A stretch of 64,000 nucleotides of DNA from Paragordius varius (Eukaryota > Animalia > Nematomorpha). The stretch covers positions 11,284,001 through 11,348,000 of the forward strand of contig OZ176052.1 of NCBI GenBank assembly GCA_964247055.1. The letters are read 5' to 3'. The notes beneath the pieces are model-generated. The model had not been told where the DNA came from. It made no database searches and worked only from the letters and a program-made list of their open reading frames with translations. Below, one piece after another: positions 38,401-50,400 of this stretch. Position 1 is the first letter of the stretch; each line of letters opens with the position of its first letter. A program made the translations under genes and the position numbers.

Positions 38401-39782
38401 ATAAAAATAAATATAAGAATTCTTAACATCGTTTTTAGCTAATTACCCTTATATTTTTACACATATTAATTCAATTTATATAAATTTAACGAATAAAATG
38501 GTTGCCAAATATTTAAAAAGTATTATGGGTATTATTAAAAAAATTTCTGTGTAAAGTATAAAAATATATATTTGACAGCCAATGTTTTATAAAATAATGC
38601 AAATTTATGTTAAATAAAAATTTATATTATATATAATATTTGAATAAAAGTTAAATTCACTCAAATGTGTTGTATATAAATATTAATTTCACAGACCAAC
38701 ATGGCTAAATATGTTCTAATAAAATAAAATTATTCTTTTTGAAACTGAAAAAAACCAACTCAATAATAGTTTTGAGAGTCGAATAATTTCAAAAAATCAA
38801 CTAATAAATAAGGCAACCGTCATAATCATCCAGTTATACTTAAAATGATTTTGATAAAAGACTAATAATCTAAGTAAAATCATTGAATAAATTAATTTAA
38901 AAATCGGTAAATATCCAACTTTAATTTCGGGTAAACTTTGAAGTGAATTCAATTTAACAACGTGGTCTTGATGCATCGTTGATTCAATCCCATTAGCGGT
39001 GGCCACATTTGGATTATCTTTTTGTCCATTTTCATTTAAAGTAGGTATTGGTCTAAATGATATAAATTATTTACATATATATATAAATATTGATAGGAGA
39101 GTAACTTTAAAAAGCAATATGGTAAATAATGGAATTAATAATGATTTTTATTAACTATGGTTAAATTTTAGAAAAAGTATTATAAACTGAAAAAACTAAG
39201 TTGTAAACTAAAATAATCCGAAAATAGAAGTCATAAAAAGAACCATTTACCAATCGCAACTCTATAATTCTATATAACTTTTAAACACGCATATATTTTT
39301 TCGTTTCAGTTCATAAAATTTTTTTACGGATTTTAATTTATGTGCTTCAATACTAAAATAGGTAAAGAATAATAAAATAAAAATGTTTAAATAACTTTCT
39401 CAGTTTGTTTAATGAGGAAGTGATTTCAGGACCCAAATCTTCATTGCTACTGTCTAAAAGTTTTTCTTCTTCTTCCTCCATTATTTCAGTCGAGGCGATA
39501 GATTCATTCGGATCATTGAATGATAACATAGATGATTGATTTATAGAGAATGTGCTAGCAAAAGTTGCAGATGATACTGAAATGGATTTCATATCTAAAA
39601 CATTATTAGGCTGATACTATTTTCCAATAAATATTTAGATAATCGATCTGATAATTCATTTTTGTTTCCAGATACAGGTAGATTAAGATTTTTGCATTCG
39701 CGTTTTAAATCTGCCAACTGTTAATATAAAAAAGTTTGTTTACTTTTAAAAAAGGCACATCGGACAGCTTCAATAGTGACAT
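35480..39782 (-). CDS. SARNP: SAP domain-containing ribonucleoprotein (SARNP/CIP29/THO1-like), at least 7 exons
   Basis: Exons 39782-39744, 39717-39618, 39594-39396, 39052-38920, 38259-38168, 38055-37965, 35617-35480. N-terminal SAP domain LKLADLKRECKNLNLPVSGNKNELSDRL, acidic linker, then repeated RTELRNEKF, LIRAKRFGL, KQKRAERFGI, LRALRFGLK* motifs. Extra exons in 35618-37964 cannot be excluded. Confidence 0.88.
36011..37105. mobile_element. Long-TIR non-autonomous element in a SARNP intron
   Basis: CAGGATAATGAATAT...ATATTCATTATCCTG ends and several hundred bp of inverted similarity (36140-36365 versus 36790-36970); related end at ~55135-55215. Confidence 0.6.
39595..39617 (-). other. 23-nt GT-AG intron (SARNP intron 2), shortest supported here
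   Basis: GTATCAGCCTAATAATGTTTTAG; retention gives a TAG stop, removal joins the SAP exon to the open acidic exon. Confidence 0.8.
39718..39743 (-). other. 26-nt GT-AG intron (SARNP intron 1)
   Basis: GTAAACAAACTTTTTTATATTAACAG; removal restores the SAP start F-L-K-L-A-D-L-K. Confidence 0.88.
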
Positions 39783-40172
39783 GTTTGAATGTATCCGCGC
39801 AAAAATTATTATAACGTAGTATTAGCGTAAATTCCGATATCTTCGTATTTAGCGAAAAAATTGCCAGTTTTAGTAATAAGGTAAAAGAAATAACAAAATT
39901 ACAATATATAAATATATGGGTTAAACTTAAAAAAAAGGTATTATTCTGCAATTTTAAATTATTTACAAGGATTAAACTATTCCATTCAATAACAACAAGT
40001 TATTTAGCAAATAACTACTTGTTTTTGGCTCATGATATTTTTAATGAATCATATATAATTGTACACAAAAAATAACCCGGAAATAATCTGCATCAGGATT
40101 ATCATGGTGCCTTTGATTTTGCTTACGAGTGGTTTAAAAATTTATTTGCACTTTTGTGGTAAGTAATCCATA

Positions 40173-43100
40173 GTGATTAGACGTCCAGCTTTTCACACTT
40201 TGTCCCGCTTCCCGCTACGTTTTTGAAATGTCCCGCCTTTTCACGATTATGTAAAAAAAATCGCTTCCATTTAAATTTTTTATAAAAAAATTATTTATTT
40301 ATCCGTTTAAATTTTTTATCATTAGTTATCTTTATCTATATCAATTTTTGGAAATTTTTATTTTAATTTAAAACAGTTATTCTTTTGGAATTTATATCAT
40401 ACTAGCGTAAATCTCGTGCTGCTACGCCCGAGGAAGTCCTTCGGACTTGTGGGGGGGAGGGGCTATTGGAAAAACGGGACAATAAAATGATCCACATATG
40501 TCGAGTATTTTGAAACATTATTTAATAGATATGATTTTATAGGAATTTTAAAACGGAGCATTCATACTAATATATTGTTTAATTGGGGGAAAAAGATATT
40601 TAAAAAAAATTATTTTTTTGGACTTTTTTTAAAAAGGGTATTTTACGGGGGAAGCGGGTAAAAAGAGGGACTAAATCAAAAAAGCGAGTCGACTATGTTC
40701 GGCGCAATCGAAAATAACAAAAATCATATTTGAAATTGAATGGACCAACACCTTCTCCAGAAAATTGTCTCAAAGACACGATTTTCATGGACTTCTGTTT
40801 TCAAAAAAACCCGTTTTTTACACGGGGTGGGCCCTAACTGGGGGCCTATTTCAAAAAAGGACGAAGCTCTTGTCGGGACATTTATTAATGATTATTTTCC
40901 GATATTTGGATTTATTTGGGTACACTGGTTTTCCGGAAACAGATCACAAAGTTACATGACAAATCAGTTTTTAGCGGGTAGCTCCCTACCCAGCAGCTAT
41001 CATCAAAGAAACGCTTGACTCAAATTTTTGACTTTTAACAGGGAATACGTGGAATCCATATAGAATTTTTACGGTCTCATACCTAGGGCAAAAAATAGAT
41101 TTAAATAATTATTTTTGTGGACTTTTTTTAAAAACGGCATTTTACGGGGAGAGCGGGTAAAAAGAGGCCCTAAATCAAAAAAGCGAGACGACTATGTTCG
41201 GCGCACTCGAAAATAAGTGAACAAAAATCATATTTGAAATTGAACGGACCAACACGTTCTCCGGAAAATTGACTTAACCCATTTTTCACACGGGGTAGGC
41301 CCAAACTAGGGACCTAATTCTAAAAATGTGCGAAGCTATTGTCGGGACTTTTATTAATGATTATAAATTTTCGATATTTGGATTTGATTGGGTCCACCGG
41401 TTTTCCGGAAACAGATCACAAAGTTACATGACAAATCAGTTTTTAGCGGGTAGCTCCCTACCCAGCAGCTATCATCAAAGAAACGCTTGAAATTTTTGAC
41501 TTTTAACAGGGAATACGTGGAATCCATATAGAATTTTTACGGTCTCATACCTAGGGCGAAAAATAGATTTAAATAATTATTTTTGTGGACTTTTTTTAAA
41601 AGCGGCATTTTACAGGGGAGCGGGTAAAAAGAGGCCCTAAATCAAAAAAGCGAGACGACTATGTTCGGCGCAATCGAAAATAAGTAAACAAAAATCATAT
41701 AAATTGAATGGACCAACACGTTCTCCAGAAAATTGTCTCAAAGACACGTTTTTCGTGGACTTCTGTTTTCAAAACCCGTTTTTCACACGGGGTGGGCCCG
41801 AACTGGGGGCCTATTTCAAAAAAAGGACGAAGCTATTGTCGGGGCCTTCATTAATGATTATATTTTTTCGAAGTTTGGATTTGAATGTGTCTACCGGTTT
41901 TCCGGTACCATATCACAAAGCCAGCATTTTCCATTTTTATAAATATATAGAATACCATAAATAATGTGTTATTATACATATATTTTTTAACATCCTATAC
42001 ATATGATAGATCATACTCAGCAGCTATCATCAAAGAAACGCTTGACTAAAATTTTTGCCTTTTAACAGGAAATACGAAAAATCCTTATTGAAATTTTACA
42101 GTCTCATATCTTGGGCAAAAAAATACAATCAAAAAATTATTTTTGTGGATTTTTTTTTAAAAATGGCATTTTACGGGTGTAGCGGGTAAAAAGAGGGCCT
42201 AAATCAAAAAAGCGAGACGACTATGTTCGGCGCACTCGAAAATAAGTGAACAAAAATCATATTTGAAATTGAATGGTCCAACACGTTCTCCGGAAAATTG
42301 ACTTAACCCATTTTTCACACGGGGTAGGCCCAAACTAGGGACCTAATTCTAAAAAAGGGCGAAGCTATTGTCGGGACTTCTATTAATGATTATAATTTTT
42401 CGATATTTGGATTTGATTGGGTCCACCGGTTTTCCGGAAACAGATCACAAAGTTACATGACAAATCAGTTTTTAGCGGGTAGCTCCCTACCCAGCAGCTA
42501 TCATCAAAGAAACGCTTGACTCAATTTTTGACTTTTAACAGGGAATACATGGAATCCATATAGAATTTTTACGGTCTCATACCTAGGGCGAAAAATAGAT
42601 TTAAATAATTATTTTTGTGGACTTTTTTTAACGGCATTTTACGGGGGGAGCGGGTTAAAAGAGGCCCTAAATCAAAAAAGCGAGACTATGTTCGGCGCAA
42701 TCGAAAATAAGTAAACAAAAATCATATAAATTGAATGGACCAACACGTTCTCCAGAAAATTGTCTCAAAGACACGATTTTCGTGGACTTCTGTTTTCAAA
42801 AAAAACCCGTTTTTCACACGGGGTGGGCCCGAACTGGGGGCCTATTTCAAAAAACGGGCGAAGCTATTGTCGGGGCATTCATTAATGATTTTATTTTTTC
42901 GAAGTTTGGATTTGAATGTGTCTACCGGTTTCCCGGTACCATATCACAAAGCCAGCATTTTCCTTTTTATAAATATATAGATGATTGTACACTTTGCTTC
43001 CTACTCCCATTGCCAACATTATCAAAAAGACAAAATAATACCACAAATCGGTATATTCCAGAAAACTAAGGTAATAAAATATTTTTTTATAATAATATTA

Positions 43101-44698
43101 GTTTAAAAATATGAGTACAAAAAGAGGTTGTAAATTCAACAATGAATTAAAAGAATTTCCTTTTATCAAAAAAACCAAGAATGAATCATTTGTTAAATAT
43201 TCTTTATGCGAGGGGAAATTCACCCTAGCACACGGCAAGCATGATTTTACAAAGCATATGGAAACACAGAAACATAAAAAATGTTAAGATATGGCGGCAC
43301 AAAAGGAGCCATTTTTATCGAAAAACCGCTTTTGGAGAGGAAGAAAAGAATTCTAGCCGAAGGCGTTATCTTTTGCCGTTAATCACAATCATTCCATTAG
43401 ATCTATGGATTGTATTTCACAGGTAATTCGTACAAAAAATATTTTTCACAAATTGGCGATAATTTTAATCAAAACATTATTGGCGTTGGGTGTGCAGCGT
43501 ATATAATACACAACGCTATTCAAACACCTGCTGATTTGGTACCCCTAGATGTGGAAAATGTAGTTGCTAAAATATATTCCTATTTTTATATATACACGGT
43601 ACGCGTTGAAACACTTAAGGAATTCTGTGAAAATGCAGAAGTTCGATATCAAAAAATGCTTGGATATTGTAAGACTCGTTTATTTAGCTCTTCTGCCAGA
43701 TATCGAAGGATTTTCAAAAAATGTATGATCCTTTAAAATCCTATTTTTTATCACAGGACATATGTCCTACAACTTTGGAAAAGTTTTTGAAAGTGATTCT
43801 TCAAAAATATGGTTAGAGTTCCTACATAATCATTATCTCTATCTAAATGTTATTAAATTGATAGAAGGTGACGATTTCGGCAATCGAAGTAGCCAATGAA
43901 GTTATTAACCTAAAATTCCAATGTCAAGAAAGGTTAGAAAATAATTTTATACCATTAATTATCCGTAATATTATAAATAATTTAGAAAAACAAGACTTAA
44001 CAAATCGCCAAGATATCTTGTACCATAAAAAATGTTTTATACAAACTGTAGAGCTTATTTGGATGACTGGCGGTGCAATTCAATGAAATTGATTTTTTTC
44101 ATTGGATAACATTAAAATCAGAATTTAATTAGTGCGATGTTCAAAAATTAATTACATATGCATCTCCCGAAAATTCCCAAAAAATCTTTTAGAAAATGAT
44201 CTTTTTTGAAGTATCATTAGTTAATAAATATATTAATAATGAAAAACTTAAATTATGACAACAATAGACAAGACTTGTTTATAAGTATTTCATCATTTTG
44301 AAACAAACTATGTTCTATACAATAATATTTTAAAAATTGTGGAATTTGTTCTATCTTTACCTAGAACGAACGCTGATATTGAGCGCGTTTTTTCCACAGT
44401 AAATCTGGTGTGTCGGAAAAATCACATTTAAACGTTAAAACAGGCCATTTTATCTGTCAAATATAATTTGACAAATTCTTGTAAAGACTTCTACAATATT
44501 TTTAAAAATGATGACAATCTGCTAAAACGCATTATACCAAAGATTAAAATATTTTCTTATATTTATAAAGTATTTGTGTTAAAAATAAATAAATATAACA
44601 ATAAATTTTTTGTATAAAATTTTTTAGCTGTACCCCCCATGCCCCCCTCCTTCCTCAGATTTGTCCCGCTTTTTCCTTCAAAAAATCTGGTCACCCTA
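40173..44698 (+). mobile_element. Decayed autonomous-type hAT transposon
   Basis: Right end AAATCTGGTCACCCTA followed by TCCATATA; eroded left end TCCATA|GTGATTAGACGTCC; subterminal GTCCCGC motifs. Frameshifted transposase at ~43240-44560 with GCAAYIIHN (CxxH-like), KTR...KMYDPLKSYFLSQD and the dimerisation motif LSLPRTNADIERVFS. Confidence 0.85.
40401..42982 (+). repeat. Helitron-like insert made of five ~460-560-bp tandem units
   Basis: Marker AAATCAAAAAAGCGAG(A/T)CGACTATGTTCGGCGCA (one copy shortened) at ~40672, 41174, 41638, 42200, 42668. Starts ACTAGCGTAAATCTCGTGCTGCTACGCCCG and ends TTTATAAATATATAGAT. The array is directly seen; the Helitron label is by resemblance only. Confidence 0.75.
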
Positions 44699-46799
44699 TC
44701 CATATAAGAAAATGTTCGCGCACATTTTTTAACTAAAAATTTGGTGAAAGCTAAAGGCCTCATTCCAAAAAGGAACACTAAAACATATCATGAACTACAG
44801 TAAAAAAGCAGTTTTTAAAATATTAAATTTTTAGATGTGGCTTCTAAATCTTAAATTTTTTGCTCTTCTATCATTGATTAGTTCTCTTAAAATAAGCGCA
44901 AATGCCGAAATTCCGCGATAAAAATAATGTTCTAAATTTTGATAGCAATTAAAAAGATTTTTTTTAAATGCATTTAATATTACAAAAATTTGTTTTAGCG
45001 TACTTCATACTATTTTGAGCATGAGGGGACGGTATAAAAACGCTTTCAAGTATTAGAAAAACTTTCTATATATTTCGAGAATGCTAAACCTTTCTATTAC
45101 CTCAGATTTAGGTTAAATATTCGTTTGCTTTCTGATTTTTGTGAATTTTTCTAAAAAAAACCACTTTATACATAACAGAAATTTGAAGATAAGGGAATAT
45201 TTTGATCAAGCTCTATGTTTAGATATGAGGTTCATCGAATCCCATGGAAAAATGACTTTATAATATTTTAAAACCTTTTTATACCGTTTTCATCACACTA
45301 ATAGTTTGAATAGGCCTGAACAAAATTTTCTAGATATTTTTTGAAAAAAAAGTATGAATTTTCAAATATTTATTTGATGTTAAAATTTAGCATAAGTCTT
45401 ATATATAGCTCGGCATTTTTGCGCTTCTTTTAAGAAAAATAGCCCATCTGAGAATAGCGATAAATTTAGGATTTTTGAAGCCCACGTCTTAAAATTAAAT
45501 ATTTTTAGAAACATTGTTCCCTTTTAATGTAGTTTATGATATATTTTTTGGAATGAACCCTTCGCCTTCACCAAAAAAATTTTATTTGAAAAAATATGCG
45601 CAAATTTTGCCATTTGTAGATTATTTTCTTAAATCCGTAAGGGCCAAAAGCATTATGTCAATCCTGATACATTTTCCTATAACATGAATGTTTAATCAGG
45701 TTATTTTTATACCCCCAATTTTGAAGCTTGTAATTTTTTTTATATCCCACTAATAAATCTTCACACCTCAAACTAAAAAGATTAATCCTTTAGCTTAGCC
45801 ATATTTAAATAGACGATTGATGGCCCTTTTAATTATTATGTGTAAATTATTGCCATTTTTTATTAGGAATTTTGTAATGTAAATTATATTAATTGAATTT
45901 TATACCAAGGTAAATATTATTAAAAATTAAATACTTTTACTGAAGGTTTTTGACCCAATATCATTTACATGTCAAATGTATCCCTAGGTAAAATGACTTC
46001 GGCTAAATTCGACTTCAGATTTCAACAAATATATTCTGCACATGTCAAATTCCCTTTTGAACATTTTTTTCTACATAATTTAAATTCTCCCTATAATTAT
46101 ATCTGGTCTAAAATAATTTAGAATTGAGGAAGGCTGTGTGAATGAGCCATTGATAAAACTTACATTGAGTGGGTCGTCAATTAAAAAAAACTTGCTAAAT
46201 CTGTTAATTTTTAAATTAGCTCTTAAAATATTTTACCCTTCACAAATTTTGAGCCATAGGACATCTAAGACATTTGTATAAATTATAAACCGGCTCATTC
46301 AAAATGCATTAAATATCTTTTATAATTTTGTGTCCTCTCAAATACCTATTGTTTATAAAACAAAAATAAATTATTTATATTTTTATTTCGGAAAATTTTA
46401 AATCCTAAACTAGCATAATAAAACAGAAAAAATGATGTAACATGCCAAAATATCTCAATTAGTAATTAATTAGGCCCAGAAACATATAATTAAATTCAGT
46501 GATCAATCTAAAATGAACAGGGATAATTTCGTAATTTTTAATAAAAAATTCGAAATAAAGGGTGAATTTTATGCATTAACCCATAATTATACTCAAAAAA
46601 AAGTTTCTTTCAATAAATTATTTTATGTGTAAAAGGAGAGAGATTTTGGCCGTTTTTTTCATTTTATAATAAATATTTATAAACATATTAATAATCAATG
46701 CTAATTGCTGATTAATTATTTTAGATATCATCAATTTGTGGCACCTTTGGATGTCGATTATCATAAAATTCTATAGCCCATTATCCATTTCTTCTAATA

Positions 46800-47315
46800 A
46801 AAGATCTTTTTTATCAAATTTATTGACTCCTAAAAATATACAGCTTACACAATGATTTAGTATAAAAACAACCCCAATATACACGGCTAATATATTGTTG
46901 TATAAAGGTCAATTGTAATAGCAAAAAAGCCGGAAAAGCCGAAATGACTAAAACAATGAAACAAAGTTTAGTATAAATAGCTCTTCCAAAAATAGAGTGG
47001 TTGATTTAGTAGAGGAAGGTACAGGGCATTGTATTTATTTAAAATTTAAATTACAATAATTTTAGGTAATAAAGATAAACTATAAACTACATATATTTGA
47101 ATCAAAATAAGCCCCTGGTGTAGTTTTAATATCATTACAGATTATTCAAATAATTGAACAAATCTTCGTTAAAGTCTTCCTGTGGATTTTTAGAATCAAA
47201 TTCTTCGGCGGATAAAATTTTTCTATCTTTAAAATATTTTTCGTAGCGACCATCCGTATAGTCTTCAGCTACGTATCTATTGTCAGGTCCTCTAAGAACG
47301 TATACAACATTCATA

Positions 47316-47355
<40 letters not shown>

Positions 47356-47401
47356 ATTGTAAGTTTTAAATATCAAAAAATTAGGTGATATCCCAAATAA
47401 G

Positions 47402-47448
<47 letters not shown>

Positions 47449-50400
47449 CTAGTTTCTTTAATAAATATTGCCAGATATCATATTCAGCAAAAAGCATTCT
47501 TGTAGCAGTTAAAAACGAAAAAATGATATTATAGGCCAAGAATACCTTTTGCTGTATCTACTATCAATATTATATGAAAACTCGCAATATTTACTCATAT
47601 TGTTTTATACTTTTAAAGGAATAGCTAGAAATAAATGTATAAAAAAACAGCATACAATTCATAAGGATCACCATGGAGGCACACTACTGATTTGTTGCCA
47701 AATTTAATAACTAAACCCTGACCCCGAATATTGGGATGGGATTCAAAAGCCCATTTCGCATTTCGGTCAAGGCACTCAACCATGCATGGATTAGGACTAT
47801 CTTTTTAACAAAAAATATGTTAAATAATGAAGGCCATTAAGAAAAACATGTAATTCCAATCCAAATACAAAATCCAATATATAAATGTGCACGAGAAAAG
47901 TATTTTATTTATAATGTTTTTCAATACAATATGGGCCATACTTAAAAGCAAATTCCCCTTAAAATTCAATATAATTAATTATCTTTAACAATCTATAAAA
48001 TGATAATTTATTCCAAGTAATCATGGCGAATATATTATCGATAAATAAACATTTAATTCGTATGAAAATATTATTTTTTTAGTAAACCAGTTTAATAATT
48101 TGTTCTTGTTGTATATCTACTTCGCTTGTAGATAAACAAATAAAGGATATTTCCGATCCCATTACTCAAGCGAAAACTACATTTTAAAAATTAAAAATAT
48201 ATATGATGGTCTTTTAATTAATCGATTCTATAGGTAATAATTTTCCACCCATACCGCCTATTAACATGTATTTTTCATTGATAATCAGATATTACATATC
48301 TGTAATTATACATTTGATGACAAATTAATTTGTCGGTTTTTATTACATTCTATTTATACACGTCAACCAAATATAGTTCGTCAAAATAACTGGGCTACAT
48401 AATAATCAGTTATCCGAGGAAATTGCTATATTCGTATGGTAAAGTAATTATTTTATCATTGACTTTAACAAAACCGACCAATACACATTGTATTGGTTTG
48501 AATTTAAAGTGAATACTAATTTTGGAATTGTCTAAAACAATTACTATATTTTTAAAACTTTTTGGTTAATCCTTTGTAAGTGTTTATAATTAAAATGGCA
48601 TGATGTAAGGTGTTAATAATTTTTTCGCTTATCCAGCTAAAAAAAATTATATTCCCATATTTGCCCAAAATTAAAAAATTGCATTCGCGTAGAATAACTT
48701 TTATATGTTTATGATACAATTTGTTTTAAAGCACCTTACGAAAGTTTATTGGATGCATCAAATATAATTAATTTGTTTTAGAGAAGTCGGTATCGCGATT
48801 TTAAGGAAGTGATTTCGACTGATGGGTTTAGCTTCTAACCGATAAAATTAATGTGTAAGATTAAAAAATTATCTTTGTTTCTATGGTATCATACTGAGTA
48901 TTTAAGGTTTCCTTTGCTATAAGATTCGAAAAGCGTTTAATTAAAAAATCAATAAAACAAATACCCTCAATCTTAAGGGAGTACTTTATTTTTTTAAAAT
49001 TCCAAACACTTATTTTAAAAGTATTCAAATTATAGTTTTTACCATTTTCCATAAACAAAATTTTTGCAAGATTTTGCAGATAGCTCTGAAAAATTTTGCT
49101 TTTTGATTGCTACCCATTTCGTCAAATTTAAAACTCGTGTTAAAAAATAAAATTTTCCAAAATATATTTTAATAAATGTATGTTAATAATTATGTAAATT
49201 TGAGGAGAATCATAAATGTAAATAATAGAAAAAATCACTGTAAACTTGGACCTGTGTCTTCAAACACATGACATCACCTGCCTGTCCGATTATATCTCGC
49301 TAAAAATATAAGGCATATTTGAATTATTTATCATCAAATGCAGTTGTTTAAATAAACTAAGGATATTAACAGTTATTAAAATCCGTAATATAGGATAATT
49401 AAATAGAATTGAATGAAATTATAACTAGAAATTATCTAAATTACAAGTTTTTTAATAATCGTATAACCATTAATTGAATACAAAGAAAAGTATCTAGTAT
49501 ATATAACTTTGTATCCCAATTAATCAGATAAACTTTTAATAATTGTAATAAATAAATATAAAAAGAAAAATGCATCAAACGGCTGATTATCAATATTTTT
49601 AAAATAATGGCTGAAAGCAATGAATGAATAACTAAAACACTTTGTTTTTTTACATTTGGATATTTAATTTTTTTCGAAAAAAAAAGAATGAGAACGTTAT
49701 TTGTTTAAACTTTTATCACATAACTTACATTTTAAATTTTTATCTGGATTATTGAGAAATATTAGTTTTAAATTATATTCCTCACTTCTAAGAATAAATT
49801 AATTTTGCTAACTCAAGACAACACATATTACTTAATCCTATCATAAATCGCCCATCAATACTTTTATCAAATTTACAAAGTTGTTCAAACTTAATTCAAT
49901 TTTGGAATATTTCGCTATGCTATTAGGTCCTGCGATATCATAAGCCATTTTAAAATATTTAAACTAAAAATAATTTAAAGAAGTTAAATATATTTAGGGG
50001 TAAACGTATTTTAAATTTGTAATGATATTAAAAATATTTTGAGCGTTATAAAATTCGCTTAAATATAATCATATACATATATTATAATTAGGGGATAATA
50101 CTTTTTATTCTAACTACTCACAGCTGATTTTTAACAAGTTTTTAAAAACAGCAAGCTTGTAAATTAGTCCTAATTTTAAATAATTTTTATGAAAACAATT
50201 ATCATTTTAATTTTTGAGCATAGATTTTTCTTGATGCATATAGTTCGGGAGAACAATCCCGTCTATTCTTATAAATATAATTACGGAATGTCTGATTGAC
50301 TTAATATTCTTGATTTTTGTTAGAAAATAATATTTACATTTTATAAAATATTTTTAAAATATATTAACTTAATAATAATAATAATAATAACAGTAAAAAA

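Larger units (their letters stand above)
40061..45712. mobile_element. Family C long-TIR element interrupted by a hAT insertion
   Basis: Joining 40061-40172 to 44707-45712 rebuilds an arm matching the reverse complement of 17700-17875 (CGAGTG...ACTTTTGTGGT...AGAAAATG...GCGCACA); right arm at 45440-45712. Confidence 0.7.

Noticed and set aside
14786-39743. Stop-codon reassignment or ribosomal frameshifting as an alternative to mini-introns
   Set aside because: TGA and TAA end genes normally here, all inserts are bounded by GT-AG, lengths cover all three phases, and exact removal restores alignments where homologues are known.
40740-43069. Several similar ORFs (MDQHLLQK..., MSQRH..., MNGPTR...)
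   Set aside because: They arise from the tandem units, change frame between copies and show no protein motif.
46830-46848. Apparent 19-nt GT-AG intron (GTAAGCTGTATATTTTTAG)
   Set aside because: In my frame its removal creates an immediate TGA and no homologue supports it; worth rechecking only with RNA data.
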